From: an uncultured Candidatus Saccharibacteria bacterium
GTDB taxonomy: Bacteria; Patescibacteriota; Saccharimonadia; Saccharimonadales; UBA7683
Length of the DNA stretch: 64,000 bases
Reading direction: 5' to 3'
Assembly: GCA_964541305.1 (NCBI GenBank)
Contig: CAZIPE010000002.1
Coordinates: forward strand, 7,972-71,971
This document shows, one piece after another, positions 10,246 through 19,015 of the stretch. How positions within the stretch are numbered: the first letter of the stretch is position 1; every line of letters begins with the position of its first letter. The position numbers were made by a program, and so were the translations under genes. The notes under the pieces are model-generated. The model was not told the DNA's origin. It saw only the letters and a program-made list of their open reading frames with translations, and did not search any database.

Positions 10246-10584
10246 CTATCTAGCCCAATATCCTACGTGATTGCGGATAAATGAATTCTTTCGTTCATCT
10301 TCTTCGGTGCGTCTTCTGATGACGTTATCTGAGCCAACCTGTATACCTTCTTCGTAACAATCGCGTAATCGCGGAGCCACTCTAAGCACCAGCCAGCCTA
10401 CCGCTTCATCAGAAACACCATCGAAGTCCGAAAGCGACCTAATCAAATCAATCATTTTTTCTACATCTAGAGCTATGTCCTTAGTACGTGTTTCTTCATA
10501 CACAGCCCTACTGGACTCACTCAGACCCTGAACCCACTGTTGTTTGGGTAGTTCTACAATTTCAGGGAATCTTTCATCTGCCAT
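10246..10584 (-). CDS. hypothetical protein (112 aa)
   Basis: ORF with an AAAGGA Shine-Dalgarno 5 nt upstream of the ATG. No family recognised. Confidence 0.45.
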   Translation of the reverse strand: MADERFPEIVELPKQQWVQGLSESSRAVYEETRTKDIALDVEKMIDLIRSLSDFDGVSDEAVGWLVLRVAPRLRDCYEEGIQVGSDNVIRRRTEEDERKNSFIRNHVGYWAR

Positions 10585-10651
10585 AATAATCCTTTTGATC
10601 TGCTACAGATTAGTGTAGAGATTCAGTATGATATTGCAAGCATAAGCAAAC

Positions 10652-10676
10652 AAAAAGACCTCTATTTTGAGAGGTC
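10652..10676 (-). terminator. rho-independent terminator downstream of the sortase gene
   Basis: The minus strand reads GACCTCT-caaaat-AGAGGTC followed by TTTTTG, 49 nt after the sortase stop codon. Confidence 0.6.
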
Positions 10677-10724
10677 ATTGTGCTTATGGTTTGGTACGGC
10701 ATTTGAGATCCGAAATAAAATTGA

Positions 10725-11969
10725 TTACTTAACAAGTTCGGCGCTTACCACGAGACGGTTATCGTAACTGTCAGATTGCCATTTTCCTGCACAGGTAATA
10801 ATTTCAAGACGGGAATCGTTACTTTTTTCAAAAATCTTCTGCATTGGCACCTTATCTTTAGCGTATTCTTTTTTTCGAGTCACTTTATAAGTGACGCTTT
10901 CACCTCTACCGTTTGTAGTAGTGATGAGGTCGCCATTTTTAAGATCGCCAAGTTTGTCGAAGACTCCGCCGTAACCGCCCGTGAAGTGACCGACCATTAC
11001 AGCAGGACCAGGCTTACCAGGGATGGCGCCTTTGTTATACCAACCAACAACACCATAGGCCTGGGGCACGGCAATTAAACCTTCCGAGGTAGTACCGAGT
11101 CCATCTACCTGAGCGTTTACACCAATAGAACTGATGACGAGACGAACGGGGTGAGAAGGATCGCGCGCCACACGGTCATTTGCACTCGATGACGGTTTAC
11201 CCTTGGGTGCAGTCTGGGCAACTGGCACCTCAACTTCAATGACTGGAGCACCAATAGGCTGGGCAATAACTGGTTGGGCATCGAGACGCGTCACAAAACC
11301 AAATACGGCAATCGCAAGAACCCCGCAAGTGAGTGCACTAGCGACGACTGTGCGAATATGGCTTGCAGATGAGGTATTGGCTGAAGTCATCTGTTCAGTA
11401 AGGGTTGGAGTGTAGAGAGCCTTAAGATTTGCTTCTAGGTGCTCGGATTGAGGGGGTGTGGAAGTTGGCTGTTGCTGAGGTTGAGCTTGAGGTAATTCAA
11501 CTGGTGACTTCTGAGCAACCTGCACGGGTGTATGATAGTTTTGCTGACGTTTAGTAATTGAATCAAGGTACGAAGCCTCGGGTTGTGATGTAGGTGCAAC
11601 GGGTTGCTGTTGAGCTGGTTGTACCGGTGCAACCTTAACTGATTGAGGGGCGACAGGTGCAACTCGCTGAACAGGAGTGGCAACAGGAGCTACGGCGCCA
11701 ACTGGTTGGACCTGTTGTACCGCTGGTTCAATAGGTGTGACGGTTTGTGGAATCGACTGAGGAATAGATGAGATGGAAGACGTAGGGTCCACAGCCTGTT
11801 GTTGCACCACTTCTGTTTCACTAATTCCTGCGCGTTTACGTGCGTAGGTATCTAGATGCACTTTGCGTACGTGAGTATGATCGCGTGAAGGTGTGCGACG
11901 TCGTCCTGGAGTGGTGGTAAAAGTGGTGTCCATTTTTTTGTATTTGTTTTTGATACCGTAACGAGTCAC
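10725..11969 (-). CDS. sortase (class E/F-like) with a long Pro/Gln/Val-rich N-terminal region and a TM anchor
   Basis: The C-terminal 150 aa form a sortase fold (VRLVISSIGVNAQVDGLG..VGWY..GPAVMVGH..LEIITCAG.., with catalytic H and a TC motif). A TM helix is present (VVASALTCGVLAIAVFGFV). The N-terminus has low-complexity VAPV/QQP repeats. The start is ambiguous between GTG 11969 and ATG 11933. Confidence 0.85.
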   Translation of the reverse strand: MTRYGIKNKYKKMDTTFTTTPGRRRTPSRDHTHVRKVHLDTYARKRAGISETEVVQQQAVDPTSSISSIPQSIPQTVTPIEPAVQQVQPVGAVAPVATPVQRVAPVAPQSVKVAPVQPAQQQPVAPTSQPEASYLDSITKRQQNYHTPVQVAQKSPVELPQAQPQQQPTSTPPQSEHLEANLKALYTPTLTEQMTSANTSSASHIRTVVASALTCGVLAIAVFGFVTRLDAQPVIAQPIGAPVIEVEVPVAQTAPKGKPSSSANDRVARDPSHPVRLVISSIGVNAQVDGLGTTSEGLIAVPQAYGVVGWYNKGAIPGKPGPAVMVGHFTGGYGGVFDKLGDLKNGDLITTTNGRGESVTYKVTRKKEYAKDKVPMQKIFEKSNDSRLEIITCAGKWQSDSYDNRLVVSAELVK

Positions 11970-12064
11970 ATTATGTGTTGATTCGTAGTTGTATCTATTG
12001 TTTTATGAGTTTTTTGATTTTATCTGTTACTCATTTTCAATTCTACTTGTGCTTACAAGGCGTG

Positions 12065-13456
12065 TCAAGCTTTATGTAGTTTTCTTCTCCAAATGATGGC
12101 TAGTGCAGCGGTGACGAAGACCATCACAAAAGCTATGGGCAGTATTTTATTGTTGTTACTAACACCGCTTTCAGGCGTGCCGGGGGTGAAGGTGATCTCA
12201 GCATCAGCAGGCAATTGCAGTCCCACTATAGCTGAAATGTTTGCGGGCTTGTTTACATAGGTGTTAGCCGTCTTTGAAGTGACTGATACGGTTAATGTAC
12301 AAGAAGTTTGACCTGCTGCACTATCTCCACTATAACTAACTTGTTTTTTATCCTGAGAAACCACTATCTCTCCATTTTGACACGTCGTCACGATATTTGG
12401 TTCATTAGCTACAACTAATGATGTTGGGAGGGTGTCGGTGAACGACCAACCAGCTTTTTCCAGCAAGTCGTTAGTATTAGTGACCGTAAATATCATTCGT
12501 GATGTACCGCCCGTTGGCACGACATCGGGAGAGAATGACTTATCTAATTTTGGTGATGCATCTGCAATCTGAATATTATCGAGCGCGTTATCATTGCCGT
12601 ATCCACCACCCTCTTCATTTATCATTCTAAGCCCTACGGAGGTATTGTTTGTTAATACCGCTCTATCGGTAAATATACGTGCGGCAAGCACTTCATTTGA
12701 AGATGTACTGCCAGAACCATTACTACCCAACGGTGGAGGTGTGAATGTTTCAGAATTGGGGTGGTTGCACACGTTAATCGGATCTTGATTAATACGGCGT
12801 GGCGTACCGCCATCAAGTAAGTAAAAGACGTGTTGGGCCTGGACGGTTCCATCGAACGTACAGTTCACTGATGCCGTATCTAGCTGTGAAATTACAAATC
12901 TTCTAATGCCGCCCGCTAGATCAACAGATCCTTCTGTCTCAAATTGCACCAGATCCGCACCTGGGTCGGCCCACAGGTTGCCATAATCAGTGTAAGCGGT
13001 CAGTGCTTTGTTTGTCGCAGGATCAGCTACGCCGTCCAATACTCCCATTGCATACGCCATTCGTCTTACCTGATCGTACGCACCAGTTAAATTTGTTCCG
13101 CTATTGGCGCCGCCATTTCCAACACTACAGTTACTGTTCGCAAACTCATTGTCAGGGGTGTTGAACGAAAGTACTTCGCCATTACAGTTTGTCAACCATG
13201 CCGCATTCGCAGTGTACGTCATGCTTTCGAGCCCATTATAATTAGTCAGTAACACAGGGCCAGTTGCAGAAGTATTTTGAAAATTCTCGGCATAAATAAC
13301 AGTTGGTGTCTCGGGTACATTAGGAGAACCCGGTGATGCATTGGCAGTGTTGTGCCTCGACAAAATACTCATAGTGAATACTGAAGTTACAATGACCAGG
13401 CCGAATAATATTTTAATACCGAAGTGCCTAAAACCACTTACTCTTAGTACGTGCAT
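12065..13456 (-). CDS. secreted surface protein with a DUF11-like domain and a C-terminal sorting-signal-like tail
   Basis: Start trimmed to ATG 13456 (AAGGA 6 nt upstream); the track's longer ORF overlaps trhO. Has a signal peptide or TM (ILFGLVIVTSVFTMSIL). The C-terminal part resembles a DUF11/prealbumin-like repeat (KSFSPDVVPTGGTSRMIFTVTNTN..FTDTLP). The tail is TPESG-VSNNNK-hydrophobic(ILPIAFVMVFVTAALAIIW)-RRKLHKA. Confidence 0.7.
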   Translation of the reverse strand: MHVLRVSGFRHFGIKILFGLVIVTSVFTMSILSRHNTANASPGSPNVPETPTVIYAENFQNTSATGPVLLTNYNGLESMTYTANAAWLTNCNGEVLSFNTPDNEFANSNCSVGNGGANSGTNLTGAYDQVRRMAYAMGVLDGVADPATNKALTAYTDYGNLWADPGADLVQFETEGSVDLAGGIRRFVISQLDTASVNCTFDGTVQAQHVFYLLDGGTPRRINQDPINVCNHPNSETFTPPPLGSNGSGSTSSNEVLAARIFTDRAVLTNNTSVGLRMINEEGGGYGNDNALDNIQIADASPKLDKSFSPDVVPTGGTSRMIFTVTNTNDLLEKAGWSFTDTLPTSLVVANEPNIVTTCQNGEIVVSQDKKQVSYSGDSAAGQTSCTLTVSVTSKTANTYVNKPANISAIVGLQLPADAEITFTPGTPESGVSNNNKILPIAFVMVFVTAALAIIWRRKLHKA

Positions 13457-13536
13457 GTACAGTCCTTTTGTTTTTATTGCGCGATTTATGTTTTTACTTG
13501 ATGCACTATAGAGTGTACACGCATTCGAACATAACA

Positions 13537-14433
13537 TCAAACTGGTAATGCTTGATGGGGGGCGCAATGAGTCTTGACCGTACAGTCCTGACAGACAAGA
13601 ATTAATTTATTACATGATGCATCGGCACAGTTTATAAATCTACTCGTCTTTGCGTTGCAATGTACACAATTACCTATATCTTTGGCTTGGGTTGAAAATG
13701 TATGATTCATACGACCATCGAAAATATAGAGCGATCCTTCCCACAGGCCTTTATCGCCATACTTTTCTCCGTATTTCACTATGCCACCATCTATCTGGTA
13801 GACCTCTTTGAAACCTCGGTTTTTCATTAAAACAGAGAGTATTTCACAACGAATACCACCCGTGCAATAGGTCACAATAGGTCGCTTCTTAATGGCATCG
13901 TATTTAGGATCTTCTAATTCTTTAAGAAAATCAGGTGTCGTTTCAACTTGTGGTATCAGAGCATCTTTAAATCTGCCTACCTGCGCTTCGTAGCTATTTC
14001 TGCCATCAAAAAAGATGACCTCATCACCCCGTTCCTCTATTAGTGCATGGAGTTGTTCAGGCTTGAGATGCACGCCACCACCTACAACGCCTTTTTCATC
14101 AACCTGTAACTCATCAGTGGCGTGGAAAGCCACAAGTTCCTCGCGTACTTTCACAGACAGCTTTGGAAATTCACTACCGTCTCCATCTGACCATTTATAC
14201 ATAATGTTTTTAAATAGTATCGAGCGATTCATTTCCCGCTTATACTCGCGCAGATTTTCAATCTTGCCACCAAGTGTTCCATTGATCCCGTGTGGTGAAA
14301 TAATGATTCGACCTTTAAGTTCAAGTCGTGTACATAACTCTCGTTGCCAGCGCATAGTGATACCTGGGTCATGTACTGGCACAAATTTGTAGTAAAGAAT
14401 TACCTTATTTTGTGGGTTATCAATCTTTTTCAT
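13537..14433 (-). CDS. trhO: rhodanese-domain tRNA uridine(34) hydroxylase (UPF0176/YceA family)
   Basis: Start trimmed to ATG 14433 (MKKIDNPQNKVILYYKF..). Shows the family pattern GRIIISPHGINGTLGG, a rhodanese active-site loop (YCTGGIRCE) and a C-terminal Cys cluster (CVHCN..C..C..C). Confidence 0.85.
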   Translation of the reverse strand: MKKIDNPQNKVILYYKFVPVHDPGITMRWQRELCTRLELKGRIIISPHGINGTLGGKIENLREYKREMNRSILFKNIMYKWSDGDGSEFPKLSVKVREELVAFHATDELQVDEKGVVGGGVHLKPEQLHALIEERGDEVIFFDGRNSYEAQVGRFKDALIPQVETTPDFLKELEDPKYDAIKKRPIVTYCTGGIRCEILSVLMKNRGFKEVYQIDGGIVKYGEKYGDKGLWEGSLYIFDGRMNHTFSTQAKDIGNCVHCNAKTSRFINCADASCNKLILVCQDCTVKTHCAPHQALPV

Positions 14434-14441
14434 CTTGAAAT

Positions 14442-14450
14442 ATTGTATCA
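14442..14450 (-). promoter_or_regulatory. extended -10 TGaTACAAT for trhO (8 nt upstream of the ATG)
   Basis: The reverse complement of 14442-14450 is TGATACAAT. The identical 9-mer occurs on the plus strand at 14481-14489 for the divergent ABC operon. Confidence 0.5.
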
Positions 14451-14480
14451 CACCCCTGTTTTGGAAGATATTGACAGTTA

Positions 14481-14489
14481 TGATACAAT
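14481..14489 (+). promoter_or_regulatory. extended -10 TGaTACAAT for the ABC exporter operon
   Basis: TGATACAAT at 14481-14489, with TTGGAA 17 nt upstream (14461-14466). This leaves a leader of about 154 nt before ATG 14650. Confidence 0.5.
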
Positions 14490-14649
14490 GTAACATTAGT
14501 AATATTAAACTAACGGAAAGGGCAGGAAAAACATGGTCTACACACAAACATACTCAACTGACGCTACTGCCCTTATGGCTGACTAGCCCCGCTTACAAAA
14601 CCTACAAAAAGTTACGACATTTTAACAAGAACGGCAGGAGGCCGTTACT

Positions 14650-16407
14650 ATGACAACTAATAAAGATATTATGAAACTATTCTGGCGCGAAGCGTACCAT
14701 TCACCACGGCACCTTATTTTTGTACTTATAAATATTCCGATTACCGTAACCGTTGGTGCATTCCTCGGACCCTACTGCATTTCACTCATTCTAGGGAACA
14801 TCCAAACTGGTAAAGTGGCTTTTGATTACAACGCCTGGCTTATTGTAGGGTTTGCCTTAACTCAACTCTATGGTGAATTCATTGGATGGCGCCTCAACTT
14901 GTACGCCGTATGGAATCTTGAAACAAAGGCTCAGCGCGACCTTAATCAAAAGGTTTTCGGTCACCTTTCTCGCCAATCTACCAACTTTCACGCAAATCGT
15001 TTTGGTGGATCACTTGTTTCTCAAACAAATAAGCTGATAGGTGGATTTGAGCGTTTTTGGGATACTATTTTCTTCCAACTACTCCCCGCTGCAACCAGCA
15101 TTCTAGCCGCAACTATCATTCTCTCATTTGTATTTTGGCAATACGCACTATTTCTATTTATTTTATCGATTGTAATGATTATAGCCATCTACTTTGGTTC
15201 ACGTTATTTAGTTGCTTCAAACAAGGCGGAAGCTCAGGCTGGCACAAAACTTACTGGAAGTTTAGCTGATGCAATGACAAACATATTGGCCATTAAAAGT
15301 CACAGTAGCGAAAGTGCGGAGTTAAAGCATTACAGCAAGCTGGCGAATAACGTACGAGAAAAGTCACTTATTAATATGTGGGGTTTCTTGAAGGTAAGTA
15401 GCGTCTATGCGACACTTACAAGCTTACTTAATATTTCCGCAGTTGTCGGGGCGTTGTGGGCGGCAAATAGTGGCTTCATCGGGCTTTCTACCATCTATCT
15501 TTGCGTTACCTATTCATTCACAGTTGCTCGGCAAATATGGGAAATGAATAATATTATGCGAAACTACAACCGCGTTATGGGCGATGCTTTCGATATGGTT
15601 GAAATACTGAGTATCTCACCGGAGATTAAAGACCCTTCCTCTCCCGAAAAGTCTCGCATTAGCCGAGGGTCTATTGAGTTTAAAAACGTCACCTTTACCC
15701 ATAATGAAAATAATGACCCGTTGTTCAAGGGATTTGATGTGCGTATCAAGCAGGGCGAGAAGATTGGTCTCGTCGGGCACTCGGGGTCAGGCAAGACAAG
15801 TCTGACAAAGCTCCTTTTGCGTTTTTCAGATATTCAAGAGGGTACTATATCTATCGATGGGCAGGATATTACGACTATCACCCAAAATGACCTTCGATCT
15901 CATATCGCATATGTGCCTCAAGAGCCTATGCTCTTCCACCGATCGCTTGAGGAGAATATTTCCTACGGTAATCCAGGAGCTTCCCAACAAGAAGTGGAAG
16001 GTGTGGCCAAGCTAGCAAATGCTCACGAGTTCATCATGAAACTCCCTCAAAAATACAAAACCCTCGTGGGCGAACGGGGCGTAAAGTTATCAGGCGGTCA
16101 AAGACAGCGCGTAGCTATTGCCCGTGCGATGATTAAGAACGCTCCGATTCTTATACTAGACGAGGCTACTTCAGCCCTAGATTCTGAGAGTGAAAGTCTC
16201 ATACAAGAAGCGTTATGGCGCTTAATGCAAAACCGCACCGCAATTGTTATTGCTCACCGCCTTTCCACCATTCAAAAGATGGACCGCATTATAGTCCTAG
16301 ACGAAGGTAAAATTGTAGAACAAGGTACCCACAAAGAGTTGATCCGCTTAAATGGAAACTACGCGAAACTATGGGCTCATCAATCTGGAGGATTTCTAGA
16401 TGACTGA
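14650..16407 (+). CDS. ABC transporter permease/ATP-binding protein (type I exporter half-transporter)
   Basis: 585 aa. An N-terminal 6-TM domain is followed by an NBD with Walker A (GHSGSGKTS), signature (LSGGQRQR), Walker B (ILILDEATSALD) and H-loop (AHRLS). AGGAGG precedes the ATG. Confidence 0.9.
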   Translation: MTTNKDIMKLFWREAYHSPRHLIFVLINIPITVTVGAFLGPYCISLILGNIQTGKVAFDYNAWLIVGFALTQLYGEFIGWRLNLYAVWNLETKAQRDLNQKVFGHLSRQSTNFHANRFGGSLVSQTNKLIGGFERFWDTIFFQLLPAATSILAATIILSFVFWQYALFLFILSIVMIIAIYFGSRYLVASNKAEAQAGTKLTGSLADAMTNILAIKSHSSESAELKHYSKLANNVREKSLINMWGFLKVSSVYATLTSLLNISAVVGALWAANSGFIGLSTIYLCVTYSFTVARQIWEMNNIMRNYNRVMGDAFDMVEILSISPEIKDPSSPEKSRISRGSIEFKNVTFTHNENNDPLFKGFDVRIKQGEKIGLVGHSGSGKTSLTKLLLRFSDIQEGTISIDGQDITTITQNDLRSHIAYVPQEPMLFHRSLEENISYGNPGASQQEVEGVAKLANAHEFIMKLPQKYKTLVGERGVKLSGGQRQRVAIARAMIKNAPILILDEATSALDSESESLIQEALWRLMQNRTAIVIAHRLSTIQKMDRIIVLDEGKIVEQGTHKELIRLNGNYAKLWAHQSGGFLDD

Positions 16408-18214
16408 GATAGCAGAAAATTCAACGCTTTCTGTAAAAAGACGTCTTAGTTTAAGTTTTCGGATGCTTAAACAGGCGTGGATATTACGACCGGTCGCCAT
16501 GCTACTTTACTTTGCTGGAGCATTTCTTGAAATTGCAAGTTCAATCGTAGCAATATACGCTACCGCTCGCCTGGGTGGATTACTTGCCAACTTTGCTACT
16601 GGTGGTAGCACCTCGGGTATCTGGCAGTGGCTCTGGGTGGATATAATTAGCGGCATGTTTATTGGGTTTGGTTTCCTGCTAATGAGCTATTCGAAACGAA
16701 TGCTTTACTTTGCCTTTGTGCGATGGTCTACGACTTCATTTCAGCGCGCACTGTGCACCATAGACCTACCTGCCTATTATGATGATTCTATCCGCAACCA
16801 AATCAATAAGGTATCTGGCGCATACACATGGCAACTACCCAACCTCAACGGATCAAACTTAGATCTAATATATGGCATATTGCGATTTATAGCCATTACA
16901 CTCGTTGTCTCTCAAATTACGTGGTGGATAGTCCCACTTATTGGTATATTTTTGATACCAACCCTTTTGGGCGAGAGTCGTATGGCAAAATTGCAATGGT
17001 TCGTATGGGACGAGAAAGGGGATCAACGGCATATATTCTGGGGGCTTGATTGGATTATCCGAAACGCCAAAGGTCAGATGGAACTACGTAGTTCACAGGC
17101 GACCAATTACGTTCTCAATAAAATATATCGTATGAATACCGATTTTTATAGCGAGCAAGAAAAGCGATATAAGCATGCTAACAAGTTACTCATCCCCACG
17201 AAAATATCTGAAAGCATTGGGACGGCAATTGGTGCTGTTGTTGTATTGCGACAATTTTTAAGTGGCACCATAGCATTGGAAAGGTACTTCTTCCTTTCAG
17301 GGGCGCTCATACGCGTAGGCGGCGCTCTTAATAGCATTTTCGGGACCCTCTCGCAGATGCAGGAATCATTATTATTCGCCGATAGCTACTTTAGTCTTAT
17401 GGAAGATAGCCCAAAGATCAGTGACGCAAAGAACGCCACTCAGCTATCTACTCGTAAAGCTCCCGACATAGTTTTTGAGAATGTCAGTTTTACCTACCCC
17501 AAACAATCTAATCCAATTTTCAAAGACTTAAACCTTACCATATCTTCCGGCGAGCACGTAGCTCTAGTTGGCGAGAATGGTGCCGGCAAAAGCACACTGA
17601 TTAAGCTCTTACTACGCTTCTATAAGCCCGATAGCGGACGAATATTAATCAATGATATTGATTTGCAATCGTTACAAATTGAATCTTGGTATGAGCAAAT
17701 AGCCACACTTTTTCAAACATTTAATGAGTATCCTTTGCCTATTAAAGAAAATATACAAATTGGAAGATCTACAAAAAAACCTGATGCCACATTACTTCAA
17801 AGAGCTGCGAAGTTTGGTGGCGTAGATACAATGGTTAATAATTACACACATGGATGGGATACGGTGTTAGACAGTAGCTTTAAAAAGGGCGTTGAACCAA
17901 GTGGCGGTCAATGGCAAAGAGTTGCCCTGTCTCGTGCATTCTATCGACAGGCGAATGTATTGATACTTGATGAACCAACTTCAGCAATTGATGCGAAAGC
18001 AGAATATACCATTTTTAACAATATCTTTGAACATTATAAGAATAAGACGGCTCTCATTGTAAGCCACAGATTTAGCACCGTAAGACGTGCCGATAGAATC
18101 ATTGTCTTAGATGAAGGCGCCATTATCGAACAAGGAACACACAAAGAACTCATTCGGAAAAAAGGCTTATACGAGAGTATGTTCACTAAACAGGCTGAGG
18201 GCTACAGAGACTAG
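16400..18214 (+). CDS. ABC transporter permease/ATP-binding protein (second half-transporter, probable heterodimer partner)
   Basis: 604 aa with Walker A (GENGAGKST), a degenerate signature (PSGGQWQR), Walker B (VLILDEPTSAID) and SHRFS. It overlaps the upstream gene by 8 nt and has a GGAGG SD. Confidence 0.9.
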   Translation: MTEIAENSTLSVKRRLSLSFRMLKQAWILRPVAMLLYFAGAFLEIASSIVAIYATARLGGLLANFATGGSTSGIWQWLWVDIISGMFIGFGFLLMSYSKRMLYFAFVRWSTTSFQRALCTIDLPAYYDDSIRNQINKVSGAYTWQLPNLNGSNLDLIYGILRFIAITLVVSQITWWIVPLIGIFLIPTLLGESRMAKLQWFVWDEKGDQRHIFWGLDWIIRNAKGQMELRSSQATNYVLNKIYRMNTDFYSEQEKRYKHANKLLIPTKISESIGTAIGAVVVLRQFLSGTIALERYFFLSGALIRVGGALNSIFGTLSQMQESLLFADSYFSLMEDSPKISDAKNATQLSTRKAPDIVFENVSFTYPKQSNPIFKDLNLTISSGEHVALVGENGAGKSTLIKLLLRFYKPDSGRILINDIDLQSLQIESWYEQIATLFQTFNEYPLPIKENIQIGRSTKKPDATLLQRAAKFGGVDTMVNNYTHGWDTVLDSSFKKGVEPSGGQWQRVALSRAFYRQANVLILDEPTSAIDAKAEYTIFNNIFEHYKNKTALIVSHRFSTVRRADRIIVLDEGAIIEQGTHKELIRKKGLYESMFTKQAEGYRD

Positions 18215-18927
18215 TCAGACTTATCTGATTTTTCTTCGTCGGATTTTTCGCCCTCTTCAGCGGTGCCATGTTCAGATGGAACTTCACCTTCAGCACCCTC
18301 AGCTGGGGCTTCTTCTTCAGGCTCTTCTTCAACAGTCTGGTCTTTAACCAGGACAATTGGTTGAGAAAGGAATTCTTCGCGTTTCTCTTCATCGTCACCA
18401 ATGGCAAGCAATTCGACAAGTTCAACACCTTCAGGAAGCTTAAGATCACCAATGTTAATACGATCATCAATCTCAACCAGATTCTCACCAGAAATTTCGA
18501 TTGATTCAGGAAGACTGCGCGGCAACGCCCGAACTTCAACTGATTCAAGCGTGTGAAGAAGCACAAGACGGTTGTTTTCTGCAGGAATCTCACCTGTAAT
18601 GTGAATTGGAATTTCTGCATCTACCACCTCATTTTGGTTCAAGGCCTGGAAGACCACGTGCTGCACTAAAGGCTTGAGAGGTACAAATTCAATTTCTTTA
18701 ATGAGGGCAAGTGACTTTGCACCACCAACAGTAAGATCAATTGGCTGACTCTTCCCAGCGTGCGAATATGCTTTGAGCATAGCAGGTCCATCAATAGTAA
18801 TATGTATTGATTCTTTGCCATGTTCTTGCACAATTGCAGGCACTTTACCTGATTCGCGTATTTTTGCAGCGGCATTCTTGCCAACGGCTTCTCGTTTTTC
18901 AGCTTCTAACTGTATATCCTGACTCAT
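18211..18927 (-). CDS. rplY: 50S ribosomal protein L25 / general stress protein Ctc, with an acidic C-terminal tail
   Basis: 238 aa. The N-terminus is L25/Ctc-like (LEAEKREAVGKNAAAKIRESGKVPAIV..G...I.I). The last ~55 aa are rich in Glu, Asp and Ser. Confidence 0.85.
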   Translation of the reverse strand: MSQDIQLEAEKREAVGKNAAAKIRESGKVPAIVQEHGKESIHITIDGPAMLKAYSHAGKSQPIDLTVGGAKSLALIKEIEFVPLKPLVQHVVFQALNQNEVVDAEIPIHITGEIPAENNRLVLLHTLESVEVRALPRSLPESIEISGENLVEIDDRINIGDLKLPEGVELVELLAIGDDEEKREEFLSQPIVLVKDQTVEEEPEEEAPAEGAEGEVPSEHGTAEEGEKSDEEKSDKSD

Positions 18928-19015
18928 CTGTTGTAATTTCTCCTCAACTATTTTTCGTTAGTTTCCATTGTAACAGATATGCGCTTTAACTGAAAACTTG
19001 CTACAATAGATGAAG

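Noticed and set aside
13457-14547. Long N-terminal extensions in the ORF track (surface protein to 13567, trhO to 14547, pheA from 23499, rsmA to 53206)
   Set aside because: The extensions overlap neighbouring genes or promoters and lack SDs. Internal starts with an SD or a leaderless -10 box give N-termini typical of each family.
14435-14653. 72-aa ORF whose TGA overlaps the ABC exporter ATG (apparent ATGA coupling)
   Set aside because: Its only start codons lie upstream of the -10 box at 14484-14489. Within the predicted transcript this frame has no ATG, GTG or TTG. Only the separate 17-codon uORF (14533-14586) is initiable.
18211-18214. Convergent ABC exporter and rplY stop codons sharing the palindrome CTAG
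   Set aside because: This is real but trivial: a 4-nt tail-to-tail overlap caused by TAG on both strands, with no further structure.
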